Assembly (NCBI GenBank): GCA_951406725.2
Contig: OX597818.1
Location: forward strand, 131,874,001-131,938,000
DNA from: Octopus vulgaris
Lineage: Eukaryota
Direction of reading: 5' to 3'
Length of the DNA stretch: 64,000 bases
The position numbers and the translations under genes are program-made. Shown in pieces: positions 1 to 12,971 of the stretch; the stretch's first letter is position 1, and every line of letters starts with the position of its first letter. A model generated the notes under the pieces. The model saw nothing but the letters and a program-made list of their open reading frames with translations. It had not been told where the DNA came from and did not search any database.

Positions 1-115
1 ATAATATATATATATATAAATTATTTTTTCTGTTATTGGACACCTCAAAAATTCTGAATCGTTCTACTTGAACTTATTTTTTTCTCACCTATGTATGTAT
101 GTATGTATGTATCTT

Positions 116-446
116 AGGGGGACCCCCTTCGGTCACAACACTGACCATGGGATTGCACCTAGAAAGTTACCCTCCTAGACACAAGTCTGGGCAAGGTGGT
201 TTATGGAAGACCAGCAGTCGCCCATGCATACCGGCCTCCCCTCTCCATGCCACCAGTGTTATCCAAAGGAAAGGCAAAGGCTGATACAGCTTGGCACCCG
301 TGACATCGCAACTCATTTCTACGGCTGAGTGAACTGGAGCAACGTGAAATAAAGTGTCTTGCTCAAGAACACAACACGCAGCCCGGTCCGGGATTCAAGC
401 TCACAACCTCACGATCGTAAGCTCAACGCTCTAACCACTGAGCCAT
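116..446 (-). mobile_element. tRNA(Arg)-derived CORE-type SINE (octopus OR1/OR2-like), tail type X
   Basis: The minus strand reads A-box TGGCTCAGTGG, an ACG anticodon-like loop and B-box-like GCTTGAATCC. These are followed by a CORE-like block GTTGTGTTCTTGAGCAAGACACTTTATTTCACGTTGCTCCAGTTCACTCAG, shared with 54398-54703. Flanked by (ATGT)n. Confidence 0.8.
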
Positions 447-522
447 GTATGTATCTATCTATATATATCTATCTCTCTCTCTCTCTATATATATATATAT
501 ACACACACACATATATATATAT
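446..522. repeat. compound microsatellite (ATGT/ATCT/CT/TA/CA)
   Basis: Directly visible simple repeats. Confidence 0.9.
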
Positions 523-845
523 GAAATGTTTGTCCCACCAGCATAAATATATAAACAGACATACGTATGTACATAATTCATCATTCCTAGAATCGTGTTA
601 CATCACATGCATGCATGGACAGATATTAGTTAACCTATCCAGGTTCTCTAGCATGTTAGTGAAATGGATGTATGAATATTCTCTTTCCATATATATATAT
701 TACAATATTCTTCAAACGTTCCACCTGTATTCTCAGCTATGGTTCCAGTGTTATTCAACATTGCTGTTCTAGACACATTAATCATGTTTGCTTCTTGCAG
801 TTACGTCAGTGTTATGTAAAATGTTCCAATCATTTTCACATACAT

Positions 846-1016
846 GGCGCAGGAGTGGCTGTGTGGTAAGTAGCTTGCTAACTAACCACATGGTTCCGGG
901 TTCAGTCCCACTGCGTGGCATCTTGGGCAAGTGTCTTCTGCTATAGCCCCGGGCCGATCAATGTCTTGTGAGTGGATTTGGTAGATGGAAACTGAAAGAA
1001 GCCTGTTGTATATATG

Positions 1017-1047
<31 letters not shown>

Positions 1048-1246
1048 TTGTTTGTCCCCCTAGCATTGCTTGACAACCGATGCTGGTGTGTTTACGTCCC
1101 CGTCACTTAGCGGTTCGGCAAAAGAGACCGATAGAATAAGTACTGGGCTTACAAAGAATAAGTCCCGGGGTCGATTTGCTCGACTAAAGGCGGTGCTCCA
1201 GCATGGCCACAGTCAAATGACTGAAACAAGTAAAAAAGTAAAAGAC
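846..1246 (+). mobile_element. tRNA-derived SINE family A, full length
   Basis: A-box TGGCTGTGTGG, B-box GGTTCAGTCCC, internal (TA)n(TG)n tract and a GTAAAA-type repeat tail. Eight further copies in the window. Confidence 0.92.
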
Positions 1247-1444
1247 ATGCAAATTCATATATACATGCATATGTACAAATATACACACTTTTACTCAAAT
1301 ACATTCACACATACCTTCTGATATGAATACACATACCTTCACACAAACTCTTTCATACATACATGCATTACTGAGCACAGAGTTTTCTTATATAGTGTGG
1401 TAAAATAAAAGTCACTGCAGTCACACAGTTTGCATATTGAGTAT

Positions 1445-1826
1445 TGTCGCAATGTCCCAGTGGTTAGCGCAGTGGACTCGCGGTCATACGATCGCGGTTT
1501 TGATTCCCAGACAGGGCGTTGTGAGTGTTTATTGAGCGAAAACACCTAAAAGCTCCACGAGGCTCTGGCAGGGGGTGGTGGCGATCCCTGCTGTACTCTT
1601 TCACCACAACTTTCTCTCACTCTTTCTTCCTGTTTCTGTTGTACCTGTATTTCAAGGGGCCGGCCTTGTCACTCTCTGTGTCATGCTGAATATCCCCGAG
1701 AACTACGTTAAGGGTGCACATGTCTGTGGAGTGCTCAGCCACTTACACGTTAATTTCACGAGCAGGCTGTTCCGTTGATTCGGATCAACTGGAACCCTCG
1801 TCGTCGTAACCGACGGAGTGCTTCCA
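1445..1826 (+). mobile_element. tRNA(Arg)-derived SINE, tail type Y
   Basis: tRNA-like head (TCCCAGTGGTTAG...GCG loop...GGTTTTGATTCC). The 3' ~170 nt (GGCCTTGTCAC...GGAACCCTCGTCGTCGTAACCGA) is homologous to the tail of 54398-54703. Confidence 0.8.
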
Positions 1827-2381
1827 TCCCATTGTTCTCTATAGCAGTAAGGGTTGGACAACAAATATGAACCACAAGCACAATCTTAACAACTACTATC
1901 TACAGTGCTTAAGTTTCTCCTAACAGAATGAAGTACCAAATAAGGATGAACTGAACCAACCATGCTGAGCATGTATGTTCTACTCATACAGCAAAGCTTG
2001 TGCTGGGTCAGACATGCACAACATATGCAGGATAGCCACAGGAGTTTGGCCTAAAGCTATGACATAGGGAGATTTTTGAATCTGACTGACATACAGAAAG
2101 TGACAGGTGCCAATTGCTTGATAGGGCAAAGGGATTTATATTGAAATTTCACCACAGCAGAGGGTAAAATGAAAAAGAAACTGTGACAGCAATCACCCTA
2201 CTGCAGTTATCAGTTTTCCTGTGCAGCAGGTGTACTATGGGCTGCCATTGAGAGATTAGCTTCTTCAGCCATAAATATCACCTCTGAGTCCCTAGTCAAG
2301 TGCATCTGTTGCCTACAGGTTGGTGACTGAACCTGATTTCTTATCTACACCAATTTACATTTGTCATTAGGGAGGACCTAA

Positions 2382-2478
2382 TAGTACTGGGATTGATTTG
2401 TTCGACTAAACCCTTCAAGGCAATGCTCCAATCGTGGCTGCAGTCCAGTGACTAAAACAACTTAAAGACAGGTAAAAT
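2382..2478 (+). mobile_element. diverged SINE 3' tail fragment (family A-like tail)
   Basis: TACTGGGATTGATTTGTTCGACTAAA...GCTCCA...GGCTGCAGTCCAGTGACTAAAACAA matches the family A tail. Confidence 0.7.
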
Positions 2479-3929
2479 GACATATCTTTCAGTTTAAAAA
2501 AAATCTATCTGCACCCTACAAAGACCTCATTTCCTGTAAGTTGTATATGTCCTGAGGACTACAGTTTGGCTTCCTCAACTTTTTAGTCTCTGCAAATTTA
2601 CTACTCTACCTTTTCCAATGATGAAAGATCTCCAATATATAATACTGTATTTTTTTGTATTTTTTTAGTCTTTTCTTTTTATCAGTAGACATAGGCTATA
2701 AAAATTACTTGCAATGAAATAGATATACTGAGGCACAGAGTTAGTAATTTATCCAGAAACATAATGAAATACCTGCAGCAGATGTGTCATGCAAGCTGGT
2801 GTTCAATTATCTTATGTGGCCAGGGTTCACAACAGTTTAATCCAACTAAACAATTAAACATTACTATATTTCATACATAGAAACAAACTAACACATACAT
2901 ACAAGCAAACATACAGTGCATTGGTCTAAATGAATAATGTTATACAGAACTAATATAATTATAACTGTAAAATATTGATGGAACTAAACTGTCCAACATT
3001 AGCTATTATGGATTTTCTTCATTTTAGAAGCATTTAACATTGATAAAGGACATTGATAACAGAAAAAGCCCTCAAATGTATAATTTTGAAAAATCTATAT
3101 TTTCTCCATTTTTATTGAATTAATTTTAATTTCCAATAAAGTTAGTTTATATAAATATATTTATACATAAATGCATTCAGACAATTGTATTACGAAGTCA
3201 TAAAATAATAGATTATTTAAACAAAAGTAGAAATAAATTATACAAGATGGCTTTTTATTTATTTACTGTTTTCGTCTGTCTTTTTTTCTTTCAAATTTTA
3301 TAGCTAATGTCATTCATAAAAATAATACCACACTCTTTAGTTAATTTAAATATAGGTTTACTAAGTAAATGTATTTCTTTCATTTTAAGATCACTTTGTC
3401 ACACATAATTATTCTTAATCATTATAATTTGAAAACATTTGTATTGATTTCCTTCTGGAAATATTTCAGAATATTTTTTACATCACCATCATTATAGCAT
3501 TATAGTAGGCAAGTTAAAAAGGTAAAAAGAAATGTCCATTTGTTAGGGATGGAAGATCCTTAATCTGTCTATTATGTATGACTTCTGAAAAAATAAGAGC
3601 TATTAACTTGGTCAAAATGTGTATTTATTCAGTTCTTAGTGATATCAGAATTAATCATATTTCATGAATAGCAAATAAAAATGTTCTGTGTTGATATCAA
3701 GCTATCCAATAGAAGACACGTTTTTTTCCAATTACCATCAATTACATTCAATTTTCAGTAACTTGAAGGTTGATGATTGGCTTCTGACACCTGCAGATTC
3801 CCACCCACTCCCCAAAAGTGGGAAGGTTTCAGACAGCAGCACAACTCTTTTAAGACCAGTATTCAGTGTGCAAAGGATGCATCACACAGCTGGGTGCATC
3901 ATACAGCTACCAAGTCTTCCCACCTTCCA

Positions 3930-5610
3930 AATTTCAGTTGATTCTTCTGGTCACTAGCCAAAGTATCTCAGACAAATTTGTGGATTTCTCCACTTCTAAA
4001 CAACAATGGTTCCAAAAGCAGTATTCCATGAAGACAGCCTCCTACTTTGCTGCCCAATCTGCATCCAATTCTAGACTACAAACCCTTGACCAATCCCTTC
4101 TAAACCTATCCTTCCACTCCAGTAGACTCCCTTCCTTGCATACACATATGCCAAGTGTAGAAATAGCTCAAGCTTCTTCAAACAAACAAGGCCATCATCC
4201 CTAACAATGTCCTTCCATAACATTTAAATAATAGATTCGAGGATTGGCTTCTATACTCACCATATTCTTTAATTTCTCACTTTCAATGAGGATATGCCCA
4301 AGAATGGTAACATCTCTGACCAAGGCAACTTTTCTTCTATTGCTCTCACTTCTAACATCTCCAGAACAATAAGAAACAGTCATTACCAAAGACATTTGCT
4401 AACACCTCAAAGCCCTCTCTCCCCTCAGTGATCACCAGCATGGCTTCTGCAGAGTGAAACTCCTAGACCTACTCTCTTATGTCATGCAGCATTGAGCAGC
4501 TCTTGCTTTAGAGAGGCTCAGTGAAAACAATGTTGTTACTCTAAACATCAGCAAAGCGTCTGATCATGTCTAGCATGCAAATGTCTTATCAAAACTTCTC
4601 ATCTATGGTATACATCCCTCTCTCAATTCTTGTATTATCAGATGCCACAATTATACCATTGCGGCATGTGTTGATGGGGCTCTCTTTTGTCATGCTCTCA
4701 ATTAACTCGTGTTCCTCAGAGTTTGGTTTTGTCTTGCACTCTTTTCCTTCTCAACATAAATGACCTTCTTGCTACCATATCCAACAACACCTACCCTTAT
4801 TCCTCTAATTTCATTTTTCATAGATCAACCACACACAAAATGCAAACTTTCTTTGTTTCTATAGACAAAACGCTTAAAAGCATCTTCCGGTGGTGCTATG
4901 CCAAGCTTTTATCTTTTAACAGCAAAAATCCTAGGCACCACTCATACTAGTTACCATACCACCTCTAATCTGAACCCTTAAAATCACTTTAAATGCTGGG
5001 TCACATATCACTGAAGATCTCTATAGGTGAAAAGAATATCCTTAGCAAAGCTAGGAGTGCATCCCAAAGTTAGTCCTTCTCTTTAGGACCAGAAGGTATT
5101 TCACCCCCTCTCCGGAGAAGAAAATAAAAATCCAATTAAACCCCTCATCTGGAAATGTGCTACTACTACACAGACATTCAGGATTACATCCAGAGAAAGC
5201 CACTAGACTAACTGGCATTCAATTACTGATGGATACATACCAACCTTTGACAAAGAGGGTGCTGTCTCCACTTCATTTTTCTATTGTTTGATAATGACCT
5301 CAGTTCTTCAAAGCCAATTTATCTCATACCTCCACTACTCAAGCATCCCCAACCCACACATCTTTCCACTTCTTGTCACCCTTCTTATGTTCAACCTACC
5401 CAGCTCCTAACTCCATACTAACCACTATTCCCACTCCTTTCTTCCCAGAACATCAAATCTCTGGAATCTTCTCCCTACTGATATCACTCCTGTAAATAAT
5501 AAACTGCAACAATTTAAATGAAACATTAATAGAATCAACCTCACTAGACTCAGAGTGTCTGCAGGGGTCATGGGCACTGTCTCTTCCTCCAAACTGAGCA
5601 AGGTAAAAGT
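3930..5610 (+). mobile_element. degenerate non-LTR retrotransposon (CR1/L2-group LINE) ORF2 relic with 3' end
   Basis: Frame-broken RT motifs: FWSLAKSI (~3945), LSDHQHGF (~4423), LNISKASDHV*H (=LDISKAFDRVWH, ~4541), VPQSLVLSCTLFLLNINDLL (=VPQGSVLSPTLFL.IND, ~4711), and C-terminal SFLPRTSNLWNLLP (~5435). Confidence 0.85.
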
Positions 5611-6461
5611 AGATTCCTTTCTTATCAGTTTGAAAAAGTGTAGAGTAAGTAAACATTGAACCAAATTTTTAGTTACAATTTCATTTGTATCTTTGAATTG
5701 TGGGAGATTCTACCTTCACTATTTCTTTCATCAATGCAACTAGTTATGGCAAAGTAAGACAGAATCAGAAAGGGGTGGTGAACTGATTAATAGCACTGAT
5801 ATGTTCCAACATTTTTCTTTCTCATTATAACAATAAAAGTAGTAAACTAAAATATTTTACTGTTAACTCCAAAAGAAGGTTAGTTTTAAAGAATCATGAA
5901 AAAAAAATTAATTCATTTAAATGTTTACAACCATTGTAATTTATCTTATTTCAGCTTGTTTATCAATTTTCAAAACATTTTGAACTGTACGGGATTTCTT
6001 TATAAAAGCAGTTTTAGAATACTGATTCTTGCGTTTACCCAAAGTAAAAATTATACCAAATTAGAAATAAGAAAATATGTCAGAATTTATTGTTAAAGGA
6101 TTTATCTTATTTAATAGTAAAATCTTTTATTGAAGAGAAATAGGGATCCTATTTTAAGAAGGTAATGTCCTCACAGAAAACTCTAAGACAACTTGAAAAA
6201 AAGAAAGATTGTAAATGAAAATTATTTTTACAAGTTTCAGTTATGAATAAAATTGCAGAGGTGATTTATTAATCTTAAACTTGAAAGGGAAGAATAATAA
6301 ATTAATATTTAAGAACATTAATTTCAAAGCCATTAAGATTTGGTTTTAAATGAGACTATTCTAAATACATTTTAAATATCAATTTAAGGTTATCTGTTTT
6401 GTATGGTAATTGAAGAAAACTTGGATTATTAGATGTAAAAAGAATGATACAGTTAAACAAT

Positions 6462-6546
6462 GTCCGTAAAAAGACAAGATGGTCATGGCTGACACCCTTG
6501 ATCACAAATTGCTTGATCAGGATGACCTGGGGCTAAACAACAACAG
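6462..6546 (+). mobile_element. SINE-like 3' tail fragment ending GGGGCTAAACAACAAC
   Basis: Related fragments lie at ~15575-15640 (-) and ~38150-38260 (+). Confidence 0.5.
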
Positions 6547-6657
6547 TAATTTATTTTCAGCCTAGTTGGTTGAGACAAAAACCTATTAACGATATCAATT
6601 CTCTGAAAGCATTTCCTAATATATGCTAATAAGCTAAAATAACAAATATTTCCTAAT

Positions 6658-6870
6658 ATCATTATCATTTAAGCTCTGCATTCCATGTTGGTATGGGTTG
6701 GATGGTCTGACAGGATTCAATGTGTTCAAGGACTGCATCAAACTCCAATGTCTGTTTTGGCACGGTTGCTATGGCTGGATGCTCTTCCTAATGGTAGCCA
6801 CTTTACAGCATGAACACAGTGCTTTTTTTCACGCTGCTTGCACTATTGAGGTCACCATGCAGCTTTCAGA
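6658..6870 (-). mobile_element. RTE-related retroposon fragment
   Basis: (ATC)n-like start followed by TTCCATGTTGGTATGGGTTGGATGG...GGCTGGATGCTCTTCCTAATG, a motif I associate with RTE-type repeats. A related piece lies at 12745-12960. Confidence 0.5.
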
Positions 6871-7379
6871 ACTACAAGTCTGGTGGTAGAAGGTAGCTTC
6901 ATGCTAATGGACAAGAGGAGTGAACTATAATAAATGGAGGCAGTGCAGGTTCTTGTTGAGAGTCTTCATGACTACTGACATCTAGTAGGAGAAGGGAAAA
7001 ACCAGAATATGAACAGAAGGAGCTGCAAAACTACCAGAATATGAACTGTAAGAGCAGCCAAACTGCTAGAATGGGTAGGATTGAAGGGTGGATATGCAAG
7101 GAGCCATGAGGAGGAAGAGAGGAGGGACAGCAAGCAGCAAGAGTAGTAAAAATGATACAGTTGTCAGAGGGGAAGGACAAGAAAGTGGAGTGATATGGTT
7201 GGTGGTTTGCAGGAGTCAGGAGTTGGGACAGGGAGAAGCAGGTCTTATGCACATGAGTGGGGTTGAGTCACTGTAACAGGAGTGGAGAGCACAATACATA
7301 GCACTTCCAGAACTCAGTTTTGCAGTTGGAGATGGATCATTACCAGAACTTAATATTGTCAGAAATCCTAGTCCATTGT

Positions 7380-7560
7380 CGTCATCTTAATCAGGCTCAG
7401 GCTCCTGAGGTTAGCCCTAACTACTTCATCCAATGGCTTCCTGAATCTCCCTTTTCTGTAAGTTCAGGCTACATTTAGTGATCAACACTTCTTTATACAG
7501 TTATCTTCATCCATACAAATCGTGTCCAAACCAGCACAGTCTTCTTCTTAGAACACAGTT
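7380..7560 (-). mobile_element. RTE-type LINE C-terminal relic
   Basis: The minus strand encodes RRLCWFGHDLYG, resembling the RTE RRLRWFGHV.RM motif. Confidence 0.5.
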
Positions 7561-9339
7561 ATTTTACAACCAGGTAAAAAACAATTTTGATGCTTTTTAA
7601 ATCACTTAAATTCTGGTAGAAAACCATATCTGGTAATTCAGAAATACCCAAGTTCCAAGGTTGTTCGATTAGTAGAACTGTACTAAACAATGAACATTAG
7701 AAGTATATGTATGTAGATGCCTAGGCTATGCAGTTCATGAAACAGATTATGGCAAAATTAATTGATGTATAATGTTAACTACTGAAAAATCTCCAATTTT
7801 CTGCACATGGACTAATTAAAATGAACAGTTTTATTAATGATTCCTAATTGTATAGATTGGAAAAATGGAAAATTCAAATATGAGCTCTGAAGAAAACAAA
7901 TCAACAGAATACATCAGTAATTAGAATATCCTACAGAGCTCCAGAGATCCAGTGCCAAGTTCTTCCAGAACAAAATTTTCATTAGTACATTAACAAGCAG
8001 TAGCAAACAAAGAAAATTTTCTAAGCAGAATGAATGATACTAATTTTAGAATCTTTTGAGGAGCAGGTTTTTAAGAAAATATTTTATTGAAAGCAACTGC
8101 AGAAGCTCATTACATGTACTAAAAAAATAATGCCTGTTTTAATTATATCAGCCCTTATAAAAATTAGAGTTTTGAGCTTCATAGGTAGTCTCAAGACTTA
8201 AAATTAGTTAAACTATAAGATTATACGTTTTTACATAAAATCAATAGAAAATGAAAGGATCATGCAAGATCGTTTACACTTAATGAAAACCAAAAATTAC
8301 AATGAATAAATTCTAAAAAAGAAAGGAAATAAAGATATATAACTATCATTCTAATAACAAATACTATGGACTAGTTAAATGAAAATCCTATCTCTAGGAG
8401 AGGTTATCTAGTAACAATATGTAAATAAATATTTAGTACTTTCAAAATAGCATTTTAAGAATAACTTAACTATAAATATTTTTAATTTAAGGAAAAAAAT
8501 ATTAGATGCAATTTATAATTAAAATACCTCAGTGCATCTTATATGAATGAAACAAAATATCAAAAAAGTATATTCCCTAAGAGAAATTACTAAAATTATT
8601 TTTTCCAGTAACTTGTCAAAATTAATACTAACTCTATGCTACACTATAAACTGCTTGCAAACAACCAGAAAATAAAGAATTTAATTATCGTCTTCTAATT
8701 AAATAAATTATTTCTGATAGCAGTCATCTTATTTCTCAAAGTTTAATACAAAATGATAATACAAGATAGAGAATTCTATTTTCAGAAGGTGTTGTTATTA
8801 ATGTGTTTATTTGTGTATGCCCATGCAATAATTTCTTTTATGAGTCAGTGATATACATAATCTTGCATGTGTGAATATATGCCTTATAGTAATTATAAGA
8901 ACTTAAACATATTTAATATAAGACCTTTTATTAAGGATATAAAATACATATAAAAGAAACAGTGCTCACATCTGGAATTTTCCATATTGAAACAATAATT
9001 TTAGTAAAATTATTTTACTTTTTTTTCAAAATAATTTTATATTAATTACTGTCTTAAGATTTAGTTTATGTATAAACGTTAGCTTTTAAATCTCTATATT
9101 TTTATGGCTTTTGAAAACAATAATATCTACTGAGGTAATTTGAATTTCTATTTCAAAGCCAGCCATTTTGCAAGGTATCACTGTAATGCAAGATTTAAGT
9201 ATAAAAGATAGAAAAATGAGTAACTGGCCAAATAGGAAAAACAAAAGATTTTTCCGTTGTTTTGTGTACCTTATTTTTTGCTTGTCTCTTCATATAGTAT
9301 TTTCAAATTCAAAAACTCAGACTAAAAAACAAGTAAAAA

Positions 9340-9910
9340 CCTCGAAAAAATTTCTATTTTACAGAAATGGGAGAAATCGGATGACTCAGTATCTCAAACA
9401 AGCTCTGTTAGACTTCAGTCTTTGAAGCTAGATATGCTATAGTTCATTTAATACATGCGATTAATACTATCACAAGTGTTTTGTTAAGGAGAGTTCAATA
9501 TAGGGAGTAGAAGAAAACGTCGACTGCATGTGCCTGCAAAAATGTGTGCATGTTCACAGCAAACCATGCATACGTCATAAAAGAAATCAATAAGACATTG
9601 CGAACTAAACAGATTCTCAGAAATTTGCATGCAAGTAGCCATCAACAATCAGTAGGGGCTGGTTAAAAGACTTCATCTTTTCATAATTAAAAGATCCTTA
9701 GCAAATTTCTCATAAATATAGAGCAAAGTTCAGCGAAGATCATCAGTTTATGCAAATAACCTTTGAGGTTTTGATAGAATGTTCCACTACATTTAACAGA
9801 AGATGCATTTAAAATCCATTGCAACACTGAGCCAAAAAATTAAAATGGGAGGTAAAAAAAGAAATATAAGCAAACCCCAAAATATATTAAGCTTCAAGTA
9901 TCGATGAAAG
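9340..9910. promoter_or_regulatory. candidate cis-regulatory element (CpG-retaining, unique sequence)
   Basis: About 9 CpG in ~570 bp versus roughly 2-4 per kb in flanking unique DNA. Motifs: TGACTCA (9382), ATTTGCAT (9623), ATGCAAAT (9750), GTCATAAAA (9574) and several TGCATG. Confidence 0.35.
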
Positions 9911-10740
9911 TAAAAACTAGTAGAGGTGGAGAAAGTGAGAGAGAAAGAAAGTGAGAGAATTTTTTTTAATTTCAATTTTTAAATTTAAAATGATATTTTT
10001 TTAAAAGTTTAAAAAAGTGTTTTTCTTTAAATCAATGCATTCCCTATTTTTGGAGACAAGCATACTTTCAGCCATAATGATTTGAAACAGCCAGCCTGCA
10101 TTTAATGTAAATGAAGATTATTTTCCCTTTTTCTTTTCAATGCTGACCTTAAATATGCTTCAAAAGGGAAAATAAATAGATGAATTAGAATGATAAATTC
10201 AAGATTTTCAAACTGAGAGGATTTATTAACTTTAAAGGATTGACCATTTTACTTTGTTTCTACTGTTAGACGTAAGATTTGGGGTACTAATTTTTTTAAG
10301 TGAATCATTTTATTTGCACACTTTAAATTTATAGAACATTTTAACATTTTGTATTTAATTATCAATTAGAGATGCCTCATATTCTAGAGCTGGGAAAATA
10401 CGGTGATTTGAAGTTCATGTTTTTTTCAAAACAATATAAGTAAAATGGTTCTAGCTAGAAATTAACTAACCTTATTGAGTTAACAAAATGACCTAGTTCA
10501 AAAATATAATCCAGTCTTAATTTTCAAGGATTAATAAAAAAAATTATTATTATTAATTACACAAGATCTTGAAGTCATGATACATATAAAATGATTTAAA
10601 AAGGGGTTGAAAATGAGAAAGAACAACTCTTTTTAATGAACAAAAGGTGGTGAGATAATAGGACATAAGGGAACATCGGAGCTAATGTCCTGGTTTATAT
10701 AAATTTACATTAATACTGCAACAAGGAAGAAAATATACTA

Positions 10741-10881
10741 TAAGGTTGTCCCAAAAGTTCGTAGAAAGTCTTGGAAAATAATGGTCTTTATTTTGAGGAA
10801 TAATTTTTGTTGCTTTTGTTAGTACTTGGCGAGTAAAAATTCAATTTTCGCAAGTGTTTACGAACTTTTGGGACAACCTAA
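10741..10881. mobile_element. 141-bp mariner-type MITE
   Basis: TIRs AGGTTGTCCCAAAAGTTCGTA / TACGAACTTTTGGGACAACCT with TA on both flanks. Second copy at 29593-29733. Confidence 0.93.
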
Positions 10882-11315
10882 TAATTTCCATTTACTACAT
10901 AATTATTGAGTCAGTTTTTAAGTTAATTAGAAACTAAAAGTATAAAAGAATTTATAGTATATAATAAATATAGCAAAATATTCTAAGTCTCATTTAAGTA
11001 AAAATCCATTAACCCCTCCTGATTATAACATTTAGAATCAAAGCTACTTCAACATTAAGATTATACCCAGTCTCATTATCAGTGACATGATATTAATCTT
11101 GTCTTTTTTTTTATGTTGGCATGTGTTGATCAGTTTATTACATTACTATTCTTTCTAATCCCATGTCATTTTTATCTCTGAGGTAAAACATCCTCAGAGG
11201 TAATATCCTCATTTTTTTTCTATGCCATTGATGGTCCTTTGCTATCTTGGATACCTTCCACAATCAAAAGATAATCCTATTATCTATACCAGTGCACTTA
11301 GTCTCATATATATAT

Positions 11316-11540
11316 ATTTCTTTACTACCCACAAGGGGCTAAACACAGAGGGGATAAACAAGGACAGACAAACGGATTAAGTCGATTACATCGACCCCAG
11401 TGCGTAACTGGTACTTAATTTATTGAACCCGAAAGGATGAAAGGCAAAGTCGACCTCGGCGGAATTTGAACTCAGAACGTAACGGCAGACGAAATACGGC
11501 TACGCATTTCGCCCGGCATGCTAACGTTTCTGCCAGCTCA
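11316..11540 (-). mobile_element. tRNA-derived SINE family B (Meta-domain-like), tail 1
   Basis: The minus strand has B-box GAGTTCAAATTCC followed by GTCGACTTTGCCTTTCATCCTTTCGGG...AAGTACCAG. Near-identical to 43573-43802 and 54741-54968. Confidence 0.9.
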
Positions 11541-12173
11541 CGTAACTGGTACTTAATGTTAGTTAATGGCTTTAATAGTCAACTGCTTCCTCATCTCATT
11601 TGCACTATACTGCCTTTTCTATCATACAAACACATATCATGAGAACATTTTGAAAGGAATCTGAAGAAATTTTACCAAAATTAATTAATTTTTTATTTTA
11701 TAATCTTTCCACTATAACTGGGTACTGCTTGTCAAGTCTGTAGTCATATTTTTTAAGTTGTACAATAATCAAGGTAAGACTAACCTACTAGATATAAAGC
11801 TTTTAAATCAAGACATAACGCTACCAGTTGTATTCTTAAAAAGAAATGTGTAATTCAATGACAAGAAAACTAAAATGTTTGTCTTTTTTTTTCTTCTCCT
11901 CTAATTGCTAACTGCTATAAATTTAAAGTTAGATGTTTACAAGATATTTTGTGCAAAAAACATGAAAACTAATCTACATAAATAATTTAAAATATTTTAC
12001 TTAAAATCATTTCTATAATCTACTTACTAGTTTGTAATTAAAATAAGGAAAAATAATCAAGATACCCATTTAACAAATAAGTAATATCAAAATTCTTCAT
12101 GGTAACTTTAATAATCTTGTATCAAAATATTAAATTAAAGAAATTATACTACTGAAAGTTTCACTGTGAGATT

Positions 12174-12176
12174 ATA

Positions 12177-12212
<36 letters not shown>

Positions 12213-12227
12213 CATATATATATATAT
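12174..12227. repeat. (ATAC)n/(AT)n microsatellite
   Basis: Directly visible. Confidence 0.95.
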
Positions 12228-12744
12228 CTTGTTTTTTTTTTCATGCAAGATAAAAACTATTTTGTAATCATTAATGCTGAAGTTAATTAAATGAATTTGA
12301 AACAAGCATATTTCTTAAATTAAATTATTTTTCATTGAAATTCAGTTTTACACAGAATTTTCACTGTTGTAATAGCAGTATCTTGATTCATTAAATATCA
12401 GTTTATATAGCTTTGCAAAACTGAAATTAAATAAAAGAGGTAACATTATAAGTCTGTAAAACAGTGGTTAAATCTTTTAGACCTTATATTTTAAAACAAA
12501 AAAGAGAAAAAATATCTATCATATTTGAAGTTTTACAGTAAATAGTAACATACTGATGTCATAAAAATTCTGACAGTTTTATTAATGATAAAAAATGGTG
12601 CATCAAAACAATGAGAAAAACCATCAATAAATATCAGGAAATGAGTAAATATATGTACATAAACAGAATTGAAGTGCATGAAAAACAAATATGGTTGTAG
12701 CATCTTGGTTGTAAATATCATCTACATTATATACATATATATGA

Positions 12745-12965
12745 AACACTTTTCCATGCTGACATGGACCAGACAGATTTCGTATGGCAGATGACCTTCC
12801 GGCTAACAATTCTCACCTATTTACAAGTAAGCTAATATTTCATCATGCCCAGACATGTTTTCATGGAAAATTGGAACCAAATGATACCGCTTGCATGACA
12901 GGGACACTTGCCTACAACTATCACATGATGTCAAGATAAGAAGACAGTAAAACATACACACACAC
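12745..12965 (-). mobile_element. diverged SINE-like fragment with RTE-type tail
   Basis: TTTTCCATGCTGACATGG...ATGGCAGATGACCTTCC matches the motif at 6680-6795, and the fragment ends in (CA)n. Confidence 0.45.
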
Positions 12966-12971
12966 ACGTAT

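Noticed and set aside
359-1321. ORFs of 60-137 aa here and at other SINE or microsatellite sites (24.4k, 30.1k, 39.5k, 40.5k, 43.1k, 52.5k, 53.6-55.5k)
   Set aside because: They are translations of SINEs and dinucleotide repeats (YIYI, CVCV) recurring at each copy, not genes.
1445-1515. tRNA-like sequences with A/B boxes (also other SINE heads)
   Set aside because: They are SINE heads continuing into repeat bodies, and the acceptor stems do not close.
2773-2845. Minus-strand exon-like segment (TTGTTTAG|73 nt|GTATTT)
   Set aside because: Stops in all three frames and a weak donor.
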